Below, piece after piece: positions 1 to 12,584 of a stretch of DNA of 14,941 nucleotides. The position numbers and the translations under genes were made by a program. Source of the DNA: Tubiluchus corallicola (taxonomy: Eukaryota > Animalia > Priapulida); assembly GCA_030141605.1 (NCBI GenBank), contig JAQGDQ010002102.1:1-14941 (forward strand), given 5' to 3'. Below the pieces are notes generated by a model. It was not told where the DNA came from. It ran no database searches and saw nothing but the letters and a program-made list of their open reading frames with translations. The first letter of the stretch is position 1; the number at the start of each line of letters is the position of its first letter.

Positions 1-350
1 GAAAAAATGATTATAGTTATGCATGCTTCTGTAGATAACTTAATGTAAATAAGGATGAAGTAAATGATGTAATAATTTGAGTAGTGCGAGGTGAGTGTAC
101 GACCATACGGTCATTAACACACTCACCTTACTTAAATGAAAAAATGATTATAGTTATGCATGCTTCTGTAGATAACTTAATGTAAATAAGGATGAAGTAA
201 ATGATGTAATAATTTGAGTAGTGCGAGGTGAGTGTACGACCATACGGTCATTAACACACTCACCTTACTTAAATGAAAAAATGATTATAGTTATGCATGC
301 TTCTGTAGATAACTTAATGTAAATAAGGATGAAGTAAATGATGTAATAAT
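1..350. repeat. Tandem repeat, 137-bp unit, at least 2.5 identical copies (cut by window start)
   Basis: Units start at 1, 138 and 275 and read identically. Each full unit contains a hairpin (75-137, 212-274). Confidence 0.95.
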
Positions 351-537
351 AGCAATGGTATAAGAGCAATAAACCTGAAAGTTGAGAAAGGAAAACAGAA
401 TATGTAATTACGACTTTGAGTGAACCTTAAAGAGTGATTTTTTTTAAATAGTTACGAATATGAATTATGTGAATTATGTAACCTAAGATATTTTCTTGTA
501 TCTGTTACACGGTCGACAATGGATTCCATTTTATTGT

Positions 538-650
538 AGTTACGTTTAGTTGCCAAATATGGATAAGTTACGTTTAGTTGCCAAATATGGATAAGTTACG
601 TTTAGTTGCCAAATATGGATAAGTTACGTTTAGTTGCCAAATATGGATAA
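538..650. repeat. Minisatellite, 28-bp unit x4 (agttacgtttagttgccaaatatggata)
   Basis: Four perfect copies starting at 538, 566, 594 and 622. Confidence 0.95.
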
Positions 651-959
651 TACAATTTTTTAATGAATCACCTAGTTTATCATACACAGTGTTAAAGGCA
701 AAACTTACTGCTTTATAAAATTTTCTCTTTGAGTTTCATTTTGTTTGATATAATTTTTTGCTATGAGTTAAATTCCGTTTTGCATTGCTTGTGAAACCTT
801 CCTTTTATGCTGAGTGGAATTGCATTTTATTAATTTTTTGCTTCATGTTATTCCTTGTTATGCTTTGAATTGCATTTCTGCGTTGAGTTGATTTTTGTTG
901 CTTTTGCCTTTTATATATGCACAAACACCTAAAAATGTCATGAGCCTGCAAGTAAACTT

Positions 960-1098
960 GTATTTTTATAGGGGCAGCTGACCAAGTGACCAATAGGTCT
1001 TTCGCTGCTCCTTCGCAGCTGCAATGAAATGTAAAAATAATTATGACGAATTTTAACTGCTATTGAGAAAATAAAATTGAATTGAATTGAATTGAATT
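960..1098 (+). mobile_element. Probable 3' end of a non-LTR retrotransposon (CR1/L2-group-like) or derived SINE
   Basis: Stem-loop ggggcagc(971-978)...gacc-aata-ggtc...gctgctcc(1004-1011), then AATAAA (1070-1075) and an (AATTG)n tail (1075-1098). 5' boundary unclear. Confidence 0.5.
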
Positions 1099-1282
1099 AC
1101 TGTCAATTTATCCTACGCACCTGACATGGAATTTCAATTGTCATTTCATCGACAATAAATTCTACTTCGATGCAGTTCCAACTGTTTATCAAATGTGAGA
1201 TAATTCAATTTAATAAACATGGTTTTCAAAAATGCATGCTTAACAAATTACTCGCATAATGAGTGTGTTTATCAGAGAATTA

Positions 1283-1649
1283 CCGTATTTATTCGAGTAA
1301 AACGCGCAAAATTTTCTACCTAAAAGAATTCAAAGTTTGGGTGCGCGTTATAAACGAGGGCTGGGGCGAGGCGTAGCTAAGGAAATAATTAATAATATTT
1401 GCGTCATCAGCAGACTTTGCCAGACGGTGCAACGTCTAGACGGTTTGTCTAGACGGTGTCTGGCCCACGGAAATGTTAGAGACTGGAATTGTTGGAGTTG
1501 TTGAACAACGCACGTGTTCAACAACGTTTGTCACTTACAATGCTTGGTCTGAGCCGAGAAAAAGTGAAACAAAATTTTATACCGATTTTTAATCGAAAAT
1601 TAGGGGTGCGCGTTATACACGTGTGGGCGTTATACTCGAATAAATACGG
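1283..1649. mobile_element. MITE with TA target-site duplication (Tc1/mariner-pogo type)
   Basis: TA|ccgtatttattcgagtaaaacgcgca ... tgggcgttatactcgaataaatacgg|TA: ~26-bp near-perfect TIRs. Subterminal gggtgcgcgttata appears twice. Internal 11-bp IR at 1498-1526. Confidence 0.88.
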
Positions 1650-1892
1650 TAAGAAGCTTACCAAAAGCAGACGAAACACCCTCCCACATAGTATCATAAT
1701 TTGCGTCAAACATGCCAATAGAACTGCTGCCAGGGTGAAGACTACTGACTGATGGAAGGACCAAGTCGTCATCTTCCCACCAATGCCAAGCTGAAATGGT
1801 AAGATATGCAAAAATGGGAACACAATGAAATTTTACTGCAGAAAGAAACGGAGGTTTTACACTACGTCCTAAAACACTTTCCTTGCTAAAAG

Positions 1893-3460
1893 AAAACCCT
1901 TTATTTACACAAAGTCTACAAAATTTATTTTGAATTTTTTACCACTTACGTACTGCCTTTTTGTATACAGGGCTTGCCTTAACAGTAACTCTGTACAAAA
2001 TCTGTAGATTTAAACTTTCGCAATAAAAGTGAGATGCAGCCATTTTGACGATAGGTCATTTGAAGGAAGTTTAGATAACTTTGAATAAAGTTTGAAAAAA
2101 ATAGCCAAAGCATTCGTAGCACACACGTCAATAACTAAGTAACATGTTAAATTACTGTATTTTCATTGATAAGACGAAAAATACGTTTTTTTGGTTAGCG
2201 AGTGGTGCACCCTGGAGGGTAAGTCAACGACATTTTGCCATTCGATGAAAACTTATCTTAAATAATAAATAATTTTTCTTTAGTAACCCAAATCTTTCAA
2301 GTAGGTAAGTTAAGTGCTAAGTAATAACTTTTGGGGCTTAGTTAACATTTCCTTTTCTTCCAATGATTTACGTTGTGCGTATATGACGTCATGCAATGGC
2401 GACTCCAGAACAGTATTGTGGGAAATTTAAAATGAAGACAAACAAAAAATCTCTACAACGCGATTACGATATGTGCATGAAATTGCTATAAAGTTATATA
2501 AACATTTAAAGCGATTTTTCTGAAACCTACTTCAGGTGCCCCTTTTCTTATCCTTTAATAATGCACATACCTGTTTCAAGACTTGTAATTGGAAAAGAAT
2601 TTTTTTAATAATTTTAAATGTTCTCGCCACCCGGTAATGGCCATCCCAGCGTGCACCACTGATTCACCAAAAACAAATGATTTATTTTGTTAATAATATA
2701 AATTAATTTAAATTGTTGCTTAGTTACCGAAGAGTGTGCTGTGAATACTCTGATTATTTTTTCAAAGAAACACATTATAGTATTTAAAACATATTAAAGA
2801 TCAAATAATTTTTTAACCCTTTCATATCCGTTGTATCACGTGGGATACGAGAATATTTTCTGCCTTTAAAATTAATAAAATTTTAAAACTGACAGTTATT
2901 TGATCTGTTAATAGTTATTTTGATTTAAGCCAATAACAATAGACTAAAATGGTGATAAAATGGCAAACTAGAAAATCTACATAGCATAAAAAACTGTGCA
3001 AGGTACAGTACTTTAGAGACGACTTTGTACAGATCAGCATAGCATGCATACTAAATGTCTTAAATACTTTAAAAAATTATCAGCAGTTGCAAAATGAAGC
3101 ACATTTTATGCTTCCATTGAATCCCAATGTATCCCGTGGGATACAGGCTATATTTAGCACGCGGGCACAGGTAGAAAAAAAATAATTATTATGTGTAAAC
3201 AAGATGGACATATTGAACAAAACTACCAAGCCAAAAAAATTCTTCTTATTAAAAATAATTTGGGACTGAAAGGGATAATAATTTTTTCACACTTTGTCCA
3301 ATTTTATCTGCACCTAATGGCGGCCATTGCTTGAGTTTACATGTAAATTTACAAGTTTTGTACAGAGTTACTACTAACGCAAGCTCTGTATGCAATGAGA
3401 CAGTATTTATACAAAATTTCAAGACGAATATCTTAAGGTTTATGTAAGTAAAGTATTTTC
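1893..3460. repeat. Long diverged inverted repeat (foldback-like). Left arm ~1893-2325; right arm ~2563-2790 plus ~3290-3460, split by a MITE
   Basis: ttgtatacagggcttgccttaacagtaactctgtaca (~1961-1997) matches the reverse complement of ~3359-3395. agtggtgcaccctgg (~2201) matches ccagcgtgcaccact (~2646). Boundaries approximate. Confidence 0.7.
2817..3274. mobile_element. piggyBac-like MITE
   Basis: TTAA|ccctttca ... tgaaaggg|ATAA (right TSD one mismatch). Internal palindromic motif tgtatc(a/c)cgtgggatac at ~2832 and ~3128. Interrupts the colinear right arm of the inverted repeat. Confidence 0.7.
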
Positions 3461-3759
3461 TTGTCTTTTTAAACCTTAAATCACTTTTGGTCGAAAGAAA
3501 TCATAACATTGGTCATTAATTTTTTTAATAAACGTGTTTTCTAATCTTTTTTGTACTTTGCAGTTAATTTTTTATAAAAGCGCTTTTGGTTTACTTTAAA
3601 GAGTCTCTATCTTATACTATTATTTCTTGTTACTAATCTTTTTATCTATTTTTTAATTCTTAATTCTTATTATCCCAAGAAATTGAAAATCTCCAAGTTG
3701 AATTCTTAAAGAAATGACAGACACCTCTTTCACCCCCCCCCCCCCCCACCGTCCCCCGG

Positions 3760-4062
3760 GTTAGCAGTATAAATCTTGTAAATTTTAACTCCCGCGATGA
3801 CCGTTAAATGCAGCCATTTTAGCAATAAGTCATTTGAAACATGTATAAAGTTTGAAAATATAATCAGAGCACAGTTTTCCCTAACCAGGGAAAAGTTTAA
3901 ATTACTTTGTTATTAAGATGAAAAATACGTTTTTGGTGAGTCAGTGGTGCACACTGGGACGGTGAGTCTGTGTCGTTTTATCAGGCGAACATTTTAAATT
4001 ACTAATAATTTTCTTTTCTAGTTACATAAGACTTTCAAACAGGTAAGCGTAATGCTAAGTAG
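3760..4062 (+). repeat. Third, direct-orientation copy of the 1893-2325 repeat family
   Basis: Shares atgcagccatttt, taaagtttgaaaa, gaaaaatacgttttt, agtggtgcac and aggtaag...tgctaagta with the left arm, in the same order. Confidence 0.7.
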
Positions 4063-4198
4063 TACAACTTCGTTTGGAAAGCTTTAGGAGAATGTATTTT
4101 GAAATTTCCTTTTGTTCCCCTTTAATAGAACAGTAATTATAGCTGAAACAGCTCGGACTGCTTCACTTTGAAATTCGAGGTTTGTTTTATCAAATTAA

Positions 4199-4784
4199 AG
4201 AAGACAGGATGATTTTTTTCATATACTATCCCATATTCAAGTGTAGTAGTAATTACACATTTTAACACAGTTATTACTGCAAAAGCGTGCCTGATAATTA
4301 AATAATAGATTAAAAATTAAATTAACGGCGGGCGAACCCTACTATTGACGACATCACAATCTAACATAATTTCCAACAGCGAAAACATTCCACGAGCTTG
4401 TTGCACGTGTTTGCAAAAGCGGAAATTTAGCTACAGTGATATTGTAAGAGTTTTAAGATAAAAATTCACATTTCAATTTTACCACGCATGAGCTGTCGAA
4501 CGTGTGTAGTTCGTTACGCACAAACACATCTGGGGTGAGAGGTACAGCACCTATTTTTTGTGCAACACTTTCCGAAGTGCAGGCGCTAGTGCCCGTCTAA
4601 CTAGCGAATGGCAAAATGTATGTAACAGCGAAGAACTAGTGGCGCGAATGTGAAATTGTGGTTTGTGTCGTAATAATTCTTTCACGTAAGTCATTTTTGA
4701 AAAAAATTGTATGTTTCCTTTCAATATTTTAAAGTATAGATTGTTTTGACGCTCATTTTAAGATTTACTGGGTTCAGTTTTGCT
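4199..4784 (+). mobile_element. Non-autonomous TTAA-flanked DNA transposon (Kolobok-like), copy A, both ends present
   Basis: TTAA|agaagacaggatga ... gggttcagttttgct|TTAA; AG...CT termini. Core gcgctagtgcccgtctaac is shared with four other copies in the window. Confidence 0.75.
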
Positions 4785-5351
4785 TTAAGGGAGGATTGCA
4801 GTTCAAATCTCTCAACCGATTTCGTCCCATTCTGTCTATAATCAGTCAGTCCATCTGTTTTATTTCTCTTGTCGTACCTTTTTTCATTGTTTGTCTACCA
4901 TTAATTAGTAATAGGATTTGCACAAAGCAAAAATGTTTTACCTTCGCCATGCTTTATGATCGCTCCGTAACACAGCAACAAAACGAAAAGTCTAGAAACC
5001 TACACAAATAAATAAAATCGGATTGAAATAACCACATGTACAGCACTGCCGTATGACAACAGAAATTTTTGGATTCGCAAACTCGGCTTCTTAATAAATT
5101 AATATTCGTTCGTGAATTGATATGAATTAATTATATTTATAACTAAAATTACGTATGGTTGTAATATGAAAAAGTACTTTAAAGTACCTAATTCCTAGAA
5201 CTTTGTACTGTGACAAAATTTACTTTTTTGTTTGTTTGGCTGTTATAAGGTTAAGACAAACTTTTTTACTCCAATATAATTGATGGCTATTTGTCTGTAT
5301 TTATATAAATCTAGGCAATAATGTTAGGATTATGTTATACTGTTATAATAA

Positions 5352-5758
5352 GTGTGTGTGTGTGTGTGTGCGTGCGTGTGTGTGTGTACGTGTGTGTGTG
5401 TGTGTGTGTGTGTGCGTGCATGTGTCTGTGTGTGCATGTGTGTGTGCGTGTGTGTGCGTGCATGTGTGTGCGCGTGTGTGTGTCTGTGTGTGCATGTGTG
5501 TGTGTGCGTGCGTGCATGTGTCTGTATGTGCGTGCGTGTGCGTGCGTGCGTGCGTGTGTGTGCGTGTGTGTGTCATGTGTGTGTGCATGCATGTGTGTGC
5601 GTGTCGTGTGTGTGCATGTCGTGTGTGTGTGTATGCATGTGTGTGTGTGCGTGTCGTGTGTGTGTGTGTGTGCGTGTGTCTGTGTGTGCATGCGTGCATG
5701 CATGCATGTGTGTGTGTCTGTGTGTGTGTGTGTGTGTGTGCATGTGTGCGTGCGTGCT
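5352..5758. repeat. Degenerate (TG)n/(TGCG)/(TGCA) microsatellite
   Basis: ~400 bp of alternating purine-pyrimidine; source of six spurious C/V and H/T ORFs. Confidence 0.98.
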
Positions 5759-6358
5759 TGATGTAATGCTGTAGCAAGTGGAGAATCTTGTGGTAATCTG
5801 ATGACATGTCCATCCCATCCATAAGGCGACGCTTTAGATTGGACATGTCATCTAACATTGGAAACGGAATTTTGCTCAAACACTGGTGTTCCGCAGGGTG
5901 ATCGTCTGAGCCCTGTCAATAGGTAATTGCTGCAAGTACAAATGCTTTGACCCATTACCCCTTCCCAAGGTAGTATATGCATTAGAAGCCACAATATATT
6001 AGACTGTAGTTCAACAAGCTAGACTACTTTTTCTACTCTGACATTGTATAGGTGGAACTTGTTATGTACACACATCTCTGTTACATTTAAAATTTGACTT
6101 ATAATTATACTGGTACCTTTACTGACATTCTGGCTTTTTCTCGACTCAATATTGGACCAACAATGTATGTATGCATTTTAGCTTTTTAGTGTAACGTTTT
6201 AATCTGTAGCACTTATTTCAGTAGTTTTGTAGAGGTAGTAATTGTAGACTAAAGAAAATTTGTATTTTTTGCAGAATAAACTAACGTAGACATGAGAACG
6301 CAACTTTGGTTTGAGCGTATACATTACAATAATAACAATTTGAACTAATTCGACGTGT

Positions 6359-6784
<426 letters not shown>

Positions 6785-7249
6785 TCGACGTGTATAAATA
6801 AATTCGAATTTTCTTACTTTTATAACTTACCATTTTCTGATTTTCCATGATCTGGCGATGAACTCGTGGCCAACACACAAAACTTCTCACAGTTTTCATC
6901 TAAAACAATATACGACACACCATACCTCGTTACTACACAAGGTAAGTGGTAGGATTGGTGAGTAGTGCGTATCAGTTTGCGTTTATTTCCATTGACAACA
7001 CGTTACCTCTATTGTGCTCACGTAAAAGCACAATCGATAAACGCATAGAATTACCAAAGCACTTAAAATAGTAGTATATCTCAATTAACGCAAACATCAA
7101 TTATTAAACACGTATTCGTAGTGATTAAACAACGGTATTTGGTACGTGAGCTTGCACTTGAAGTGATACGAATTCCGATAAAACGATTTTTCTCTGAAAG
7201 TAACATCTTACACACGTAGCAATGAAAACACTCCAGTACTCTCAATTAA

Positions 7250-7567
7250 AGCAAAAAACTGGACCCAATCTTAAACTGAAAGTAAAAACAATCTACTCTT
7301 TAAAATGTTGAAAGGAAACATATTATTTTTTCAGAAATAACGTACGTGAAAGGATTATAACTACAAAAACACAATTTCTCGTTCCACTAGTTCTTCGCTG
7401 TTACATGCATTTCACCATTCGCTAGTTAGACGGGCACTAGCGCCTGTATTTCAGAAACGCATTGCACAAAAACATATGCTGTGCCTCTCAGTTCCTATGT
7501 GTTAGTTTGTGATGAATTGCACACGTTCGACAACTCATGCGTGGGCACAGCGGTAAATTTTCTTCCT
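7250..7567 (-). mobile_element. Kolobok-like family copy B, inverted, internally deleted, both termini kept
   Basis: TTAA|agcaaaaaactggaccc ... tcttcct|TTAA. Reverse complement of copy A ~4480-4784. Confidence 0.75.
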
Positions 7568-7739
7568 TTAAATAATTTATCCATAATGCTATGATGCGAC
7601 GTTTGCTGCTATATTGTCCACACGGTATATCATAGGCACTTAGCTAAAATTGTATAATTGTAATTATTATAATTTTCAGGCTTTCACACTAAATTTTAAT
7701 TGCATGATAGATTCGCCTTTGTTTGAACAATGCTTTCTG

Positions 7740-8266
<527 letters not shown>

Positions 8267-8767
8267 TAATTTTTTGTTTCAGGCAAAAATGTCCCATATA
8301 CAAATATTTACTTATTTACAGATAAAACAAAAAAATACATAATAAAATCAGTTCCAAATTCACTAAACAGACCTAGAAACTGTAAGATAAAAAACCTCCC
8401 AGGTTTTGATGCTAAAAAATTGATCTTTACTATTACGTCCCACAGGAAAAACGTGTGAACCAGCCTGTAGATTTGTGTGAACGTGACAAACTCGCTTCAA
8501 CTTAATTGTGACCAAGTGACTAACGACAAGCAATTGGCCTTGGATGTATCAAACTAATGTTAACATTGTAGCCTAGTTCCATTTTCAGAAAAGTAGAACC
8601 CTAGAGGCGTTTGTATTTTGTGTTTCTATTTTGCAAAACAACGTAAATTCGGAAATTTAACGTCAAGGAGTCAATATGACACGTATTCCAGGGAGTTTGA
8701 CCCGAGGAATCCATTTCTGTCATTTTCACAACAAAAATAACTACCGCCTTCAAAATGGCCGCTACTT

Positions 8768-9249
8768 GATAGACGGGCAGTACCGGTTGCATTTCGGAAA
8801 CGCATTGCACAAAAAACAGGTGCTGTACCTCTCAGTTCAGATGTGTTAGTTTGTGACGAACTACACCCGTTCGAGAGCTCGTGCGTAACGACAGCGGTAA
8901 ATGTGAAATTTGAATTTTTATCTTAAAACTTGCCTAGTTTTAGTACAACACACTGAATATCTTACAGTAACACTGTACTTCAATTTTTATTTTCACAAAC
9001 ACGGGCAACGAGCTCGTGGAATATTTTGTTGTTGAGAATCACGTTAGTTTGTGATGTCTTGCACAAACTAGTTTGGCTGACCCGCTTCCACAAACTAGTT
9101 TGGCTGACCCGCCATTAATTAAGTTTTTAATCTGTTACTTAATTATCGGAAATTAATTGCTTAATTTTGCAGCATTAATTATGTTAAAATGTATATCTTT
9201 TAACGGAGTTCAAAATGGGGTTGCAGATGAAAAATCATCCAGTCTTCCT
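8768..9249 (-). mobile_element. Kolobok-like family copy C, inverted, one terminus visible
   Basis: tagacgggca...aggtgctgtacctctca matches the family core. Ends aaaatcatccagtcttcct|TTAA. Contains a 27-bp-period duplication of cacaaactagtttggctgacccgc (9062, 9089). Confidence 0.72.
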
Positions 9250-10234
9250 TTAAAGGGGGTCTCTCAACTGCGTTCACATTCACATTTGAAACATTTTTAG
9301 GTCCCAAGTAGAGAGGTACCTATCTCAATCTTTTCCCAGAACACATATAGAAAGAGATTTTCCAATCTCCATTTTCTACACGTATATTATGACTCTTATG
9401 GTAAGAATAATAATGTTAACGAGCAAAGGCCCCGCAAAAAAAATGTGCGTACAAGTACACTCATAATCAAAAATACGCGAACGTCCTACATACTCCTGAT
9501 TTATAGCTCAATGCCAATGCCAGTAGCAGGTTTTACTGAAGTTATAAGCTTATAGACAGAGCATAATGGATGACGTCAGAACAATGGCTTTGCGTCAGCA
9601 GTTTTCCAAGCGAAAATTGCCAAAAATGGAACATTTAATTAACTCGCCAGTACTCCTCTCGGTAGACCTGCCCTAAAATATAACACGCACCATCGTGTAG
9701 CCCTGTTCTTTCTCTTTCTAAAGAGCCATATACCTCCTTCCGAGAGTCCCACCAGGCGCCGCCAGAACGTTTTTCCCGCAGGCTGTTTGGTCAAAATTTC
9801 GAAAAAATCCGGAGTTTGGTCCGGGAAAACGTTCGTTATGGGACGCCGTAGTCCTCTCGCGAATTCTAAATACGCCTATGGCACCCACCGCTGAACGGGC
9901 TGCCTGTCCATGGTCAGCACCACCCCCGGCCCATTCCCGTTCTTCAGAAATGAGAGGTATAAGTAATAATAATAATAATAAATTTTAAGCAGCGGTTATC
10001 GCTCAACAAGTAACTTCTCGTGACAGAGTGATGCAAAAACGAGACTCATTACAGAATACTATACTGTAACTACTCATCCGAGTACCAGCGCCTGTACAAA
10101 ATAAAAGCCATAATTTATTTAATATAAGTCGCATTATTAAGTAGAAAAATAAAAGTGAAACCATGGCAAGGAAGGAAGGGAAGGAGAGTGTCAGACAGAT
10201 GGGGAAGGCAGAGAGGTGAAAGAGAAAGAATAAA

Positions 10235-10436
10235 GTGTGTGAGAGAGAGAGAGAGAGAGAGAGGAGAAAGAAAGAGAGGAAGAGAGACAGAGAGAGAGAC
10301 AGACAGAGCGAGAGAGAAAAAAAGAGAGAGAGAGAGCGAGAGAGAGAGAGAGAGAGAGAGGAGAAAGAAAGAGAGGAAGAGAGACAGAGAGAGAGACAGA
10401 CAGAGCGAGAGAGAGAAAAAAAAGAGAGAGAGAGCG
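10235..10436. repeat. (GA)n-rich purine tract with ~97-bp higher-order duplication
   Basis: ggagaaagaaagagaggaagagagacag occurs at 10263 and 10360. Confidence 0.95.
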
Positions 10437-10576
10437 TCATATATAATTAAACAAGTTTATAATAAAAAAAATATTATGACTCTCTTCCGCTATATCAGGT
10501 GGCAGTCACTGAGTTTGGAGAGCATAATTCTCTCTCCTCACACCACGAGGTCGTTACTTCTGTAAAATTCGTATTC

Positions 10577-11110
10577 CTACGTGTACTCTGTACTCTGTAC
10601 CTGTACGTGTACTCTGCACGTGTACTCAGTGCTTGTACTCTGTACGTGTACTCTGTACGTGTACTCTGTACGTGTACTCAGTACTTGTACTCTGCACGTG
10701 TACTCAGTACTTGTAGTCTGTACTGGTACTCTGTACTCTGTACTCTGTACGTGTACTCTGCACGTGTACTCTGTACGTGTACTCTGTACGTGTACTCTGT
10801 ACGTGAACTCTGTACGTGTACTCTGTACGTGTACTCTGTACGTGAACTCTGTACGTGTACTCTGTACTCTGTACTCTGTACGTGTACTCTGTACGTGTAC
10901 TCAGTGCTTGTACTCTGTACGTGTACTCTGTACTCTGTACGTGTACTATGTACGTGAACTCTGTACGTGTACTCTGTACGTGTACTCTGTACGTGTACTC
11001 TGTACGTGTACTCTGTACGTGTATTCTGTACTTGTACTCTGTACGTGCATTCTGTACGTGTATTCTGTACGTGTACTCTGTACTTGTACTCTGTACGTGT
11101 ATTCTGCACG
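10577..11110. repeat. Minisatellite, 13-bp unit gtgtactctgtac (6-mer gtgtac + 7-mer tctgtac), about 40 units
   Basis: Directly visible; explains the overlapping CTCTLYVYSVRVL ORFs on both strands. Confidence 0.97.
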
Positions 11111-11144
11111 GCAATAAAGAACATTCTGACGCGTTACGGGTCAC

Positions 11145-11217
11145 AACTTTCGCATACCCCTGGCTAAACTATTTAGTACCCCCGAGGGGTTCTCTTACCC
11201 CAGGTTAGGAACCACTG
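11145..11217. mobile_element. Single terminus of a hAT (Charlie-like) MITE
   Basis: ccccaggttaggaaccactg, which reads CAGTGGTTCCTAACCTGGGG on the - strand, with subterminal gtacccc motifs and followed by gtttagat. No partner end found. Confidence 0.55.
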
Positions 11218-11440
11218 GTTTAGATGCCGAACTCGAAAGTCTATAAAACTTGAAATAAGGTCACCAAAATGTCCGAGATTTGACATACGACGTGTGACAA
11301 ACAAGTTATACCAAGTCAAGCATGTAAGACTCATTAAATCATGCCTCGCCCAGTAATACCTGCTCTTTTGCCTTGGTTTTGTGACTTGTTCACTGCTGTC
11401 TGCCTCTTCTGTACCGCCAGCCTTCTCTTCACCACCAAGG

Positions 11441-11443
11441 ATG
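11441..11443 (+). CDS. Calmodulin-like EF-hand gene, coding part of exon 1 (initiator ATG immediately before intron 1)
   Basis: accaaggATG|gtaagt is a perfect donor directly after ATG. An intron right after the ATG is the known calmodulin gene layout. An in-frame TAA lies upstream at 11354-11356. Joins phase 0 to exon 12585. Confidence 0.6.
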
Positions 11444-11608
11444 GTAAGTTCTTGCATTCGTTTTTTTCATTTGATAATAATTTCAATTTTGCATGCCTGT
11501 GCAAGGTGAATATTTTTCTTTACCACTTTACCGCTTTTTTAAAGATCAAATTGTGTGTTTCTCTGAGCAGTAGAATTTGTTTTGCTTGAAGCATTATTAC
11601 ATTACTAA

Positions 11609-12166
11609 AGGAGGACAGGTTGATGTTTCATATATTAACCCATTTTCAGGTACTGTAAAAAGTATACATTTTGACACAATTAATAATGCAAAAGCATTTC
11701 CTATAATTAAAGAATAGATTAAAAACTCAATTAAAGGCGGGCAAGTCCAATTGGTGATGACATCACAAACCAACACAATTTTCAACAGCAAAAATATTCT
11801 ACGAGCGTGTTGCACGTGTTTGCAAAAGCGAAAATGGAAGTACAGTGCTACTGTAAGATATTCATTGTGTTGTACTAAAACTAGGCAAGTTTCAAGCATA
11901 AATGTGTGTAGTTCGTCACAGACTAACACATCTGAACTGAGAGGTACCCGTTTTTTGTGCAACGCTTTCTGAAATGCAGGCGCTAGTGCCCGTCTAACCA
12001 GCGAACGGTGGAGTGTAACAGCAAAGAATTAATGGCGCGAACGTGAAATTGTGTGTTAATAATTCTTTCACGAAAGTCATTTTTGAAAGAAATAGTAAGT
12101 TTTCTTTCAATATTTTAAAGAGTAGATTGTTTTAACCAACAGTTTAAGGTTGGGATCGGTTTTGGT
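11609..12166 (+). mobile_element. Kolobok-like family copy D, in intron 1 of the EF-hand gene
   Basis: cTAA|aggaggacagg ... gggatcggttttggt. Colinear with copy A throughout; TSDs decayed. Confidence 0.75.
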
Positions 12167-12201
12167 TTCTGTACCAACAATAATGCAACAAGATTTATGT
12201 A

Positions 12202-12556
12202 CCAACAACAGCGACAGCAACAGCAACAGCAACAAAAGCAGCAATAGCAATAGCAACAAACAACAACAACAACAGCAGCAACAACAGCAACAAAACAGCA
12301 GCAACAAAGCAGCAAAAGTAGCAGCAATAGCAATAACAAACAACAACAAAAACAACGGCACAAAAACAACAACAAAAACAACAACAGCAACGAAGCAGCA
12401 GCAACAACAGCAACAAAAGCAGCAGCAACAGCGACAGCAACAACAAACAACAAAAACAACAGCAACGAAGCAGCAGCAACAACAGCAACAAAAGCAGCAG
12501 CAACAGCGACAGCAACAACAAACAACAACAACAACAACAACAACAACAGAAACAAC
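12202..12556. repeat. (CAA/CAG)n degenerate trinucleotide tract with a 75-bp internal duplication
   Basis: cgaagcagcagcaacaacagcaacaaaagc at 12391 and 12466. Intronic, ending ~30 nt before exon 2. Confidence 0.96.
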
Positions 12557-12584
12557 ATTAATAATGATTTTATTATGATTCCAG

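Noticed and set aside
96-110. tacgaccatac resembling the 5' end of 5S rRNA
   Set aside because: Match is only about 11 nt and no downstream 5S sequence or internal promoter boxes follow.
538-650. 28-bp repeats of CRISPR-like length
   Set aside because: Directly abutting copies with no spacers, no cas genes, eukaryotic context.
5321-5879. Six ORFs rich in C/V or H/T
   Set aside because: Translations of the (TG)n tract in all frames; no coding signature.
10499-11208. Cys-rich repetitive ORFs on both strands; possible CRISPR-like array
   Set aside because: 13-bp minisatellite with no unique spacers; frames stay open only because the unit lacks stop codons.
11597-11972. 121-aa and 73-aa ORFs as a possible transposase
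   Set aside because: Lie within non-autonomous copy D; no recognisable catalytic motif, and I could not see the frames preserved in the other copies.
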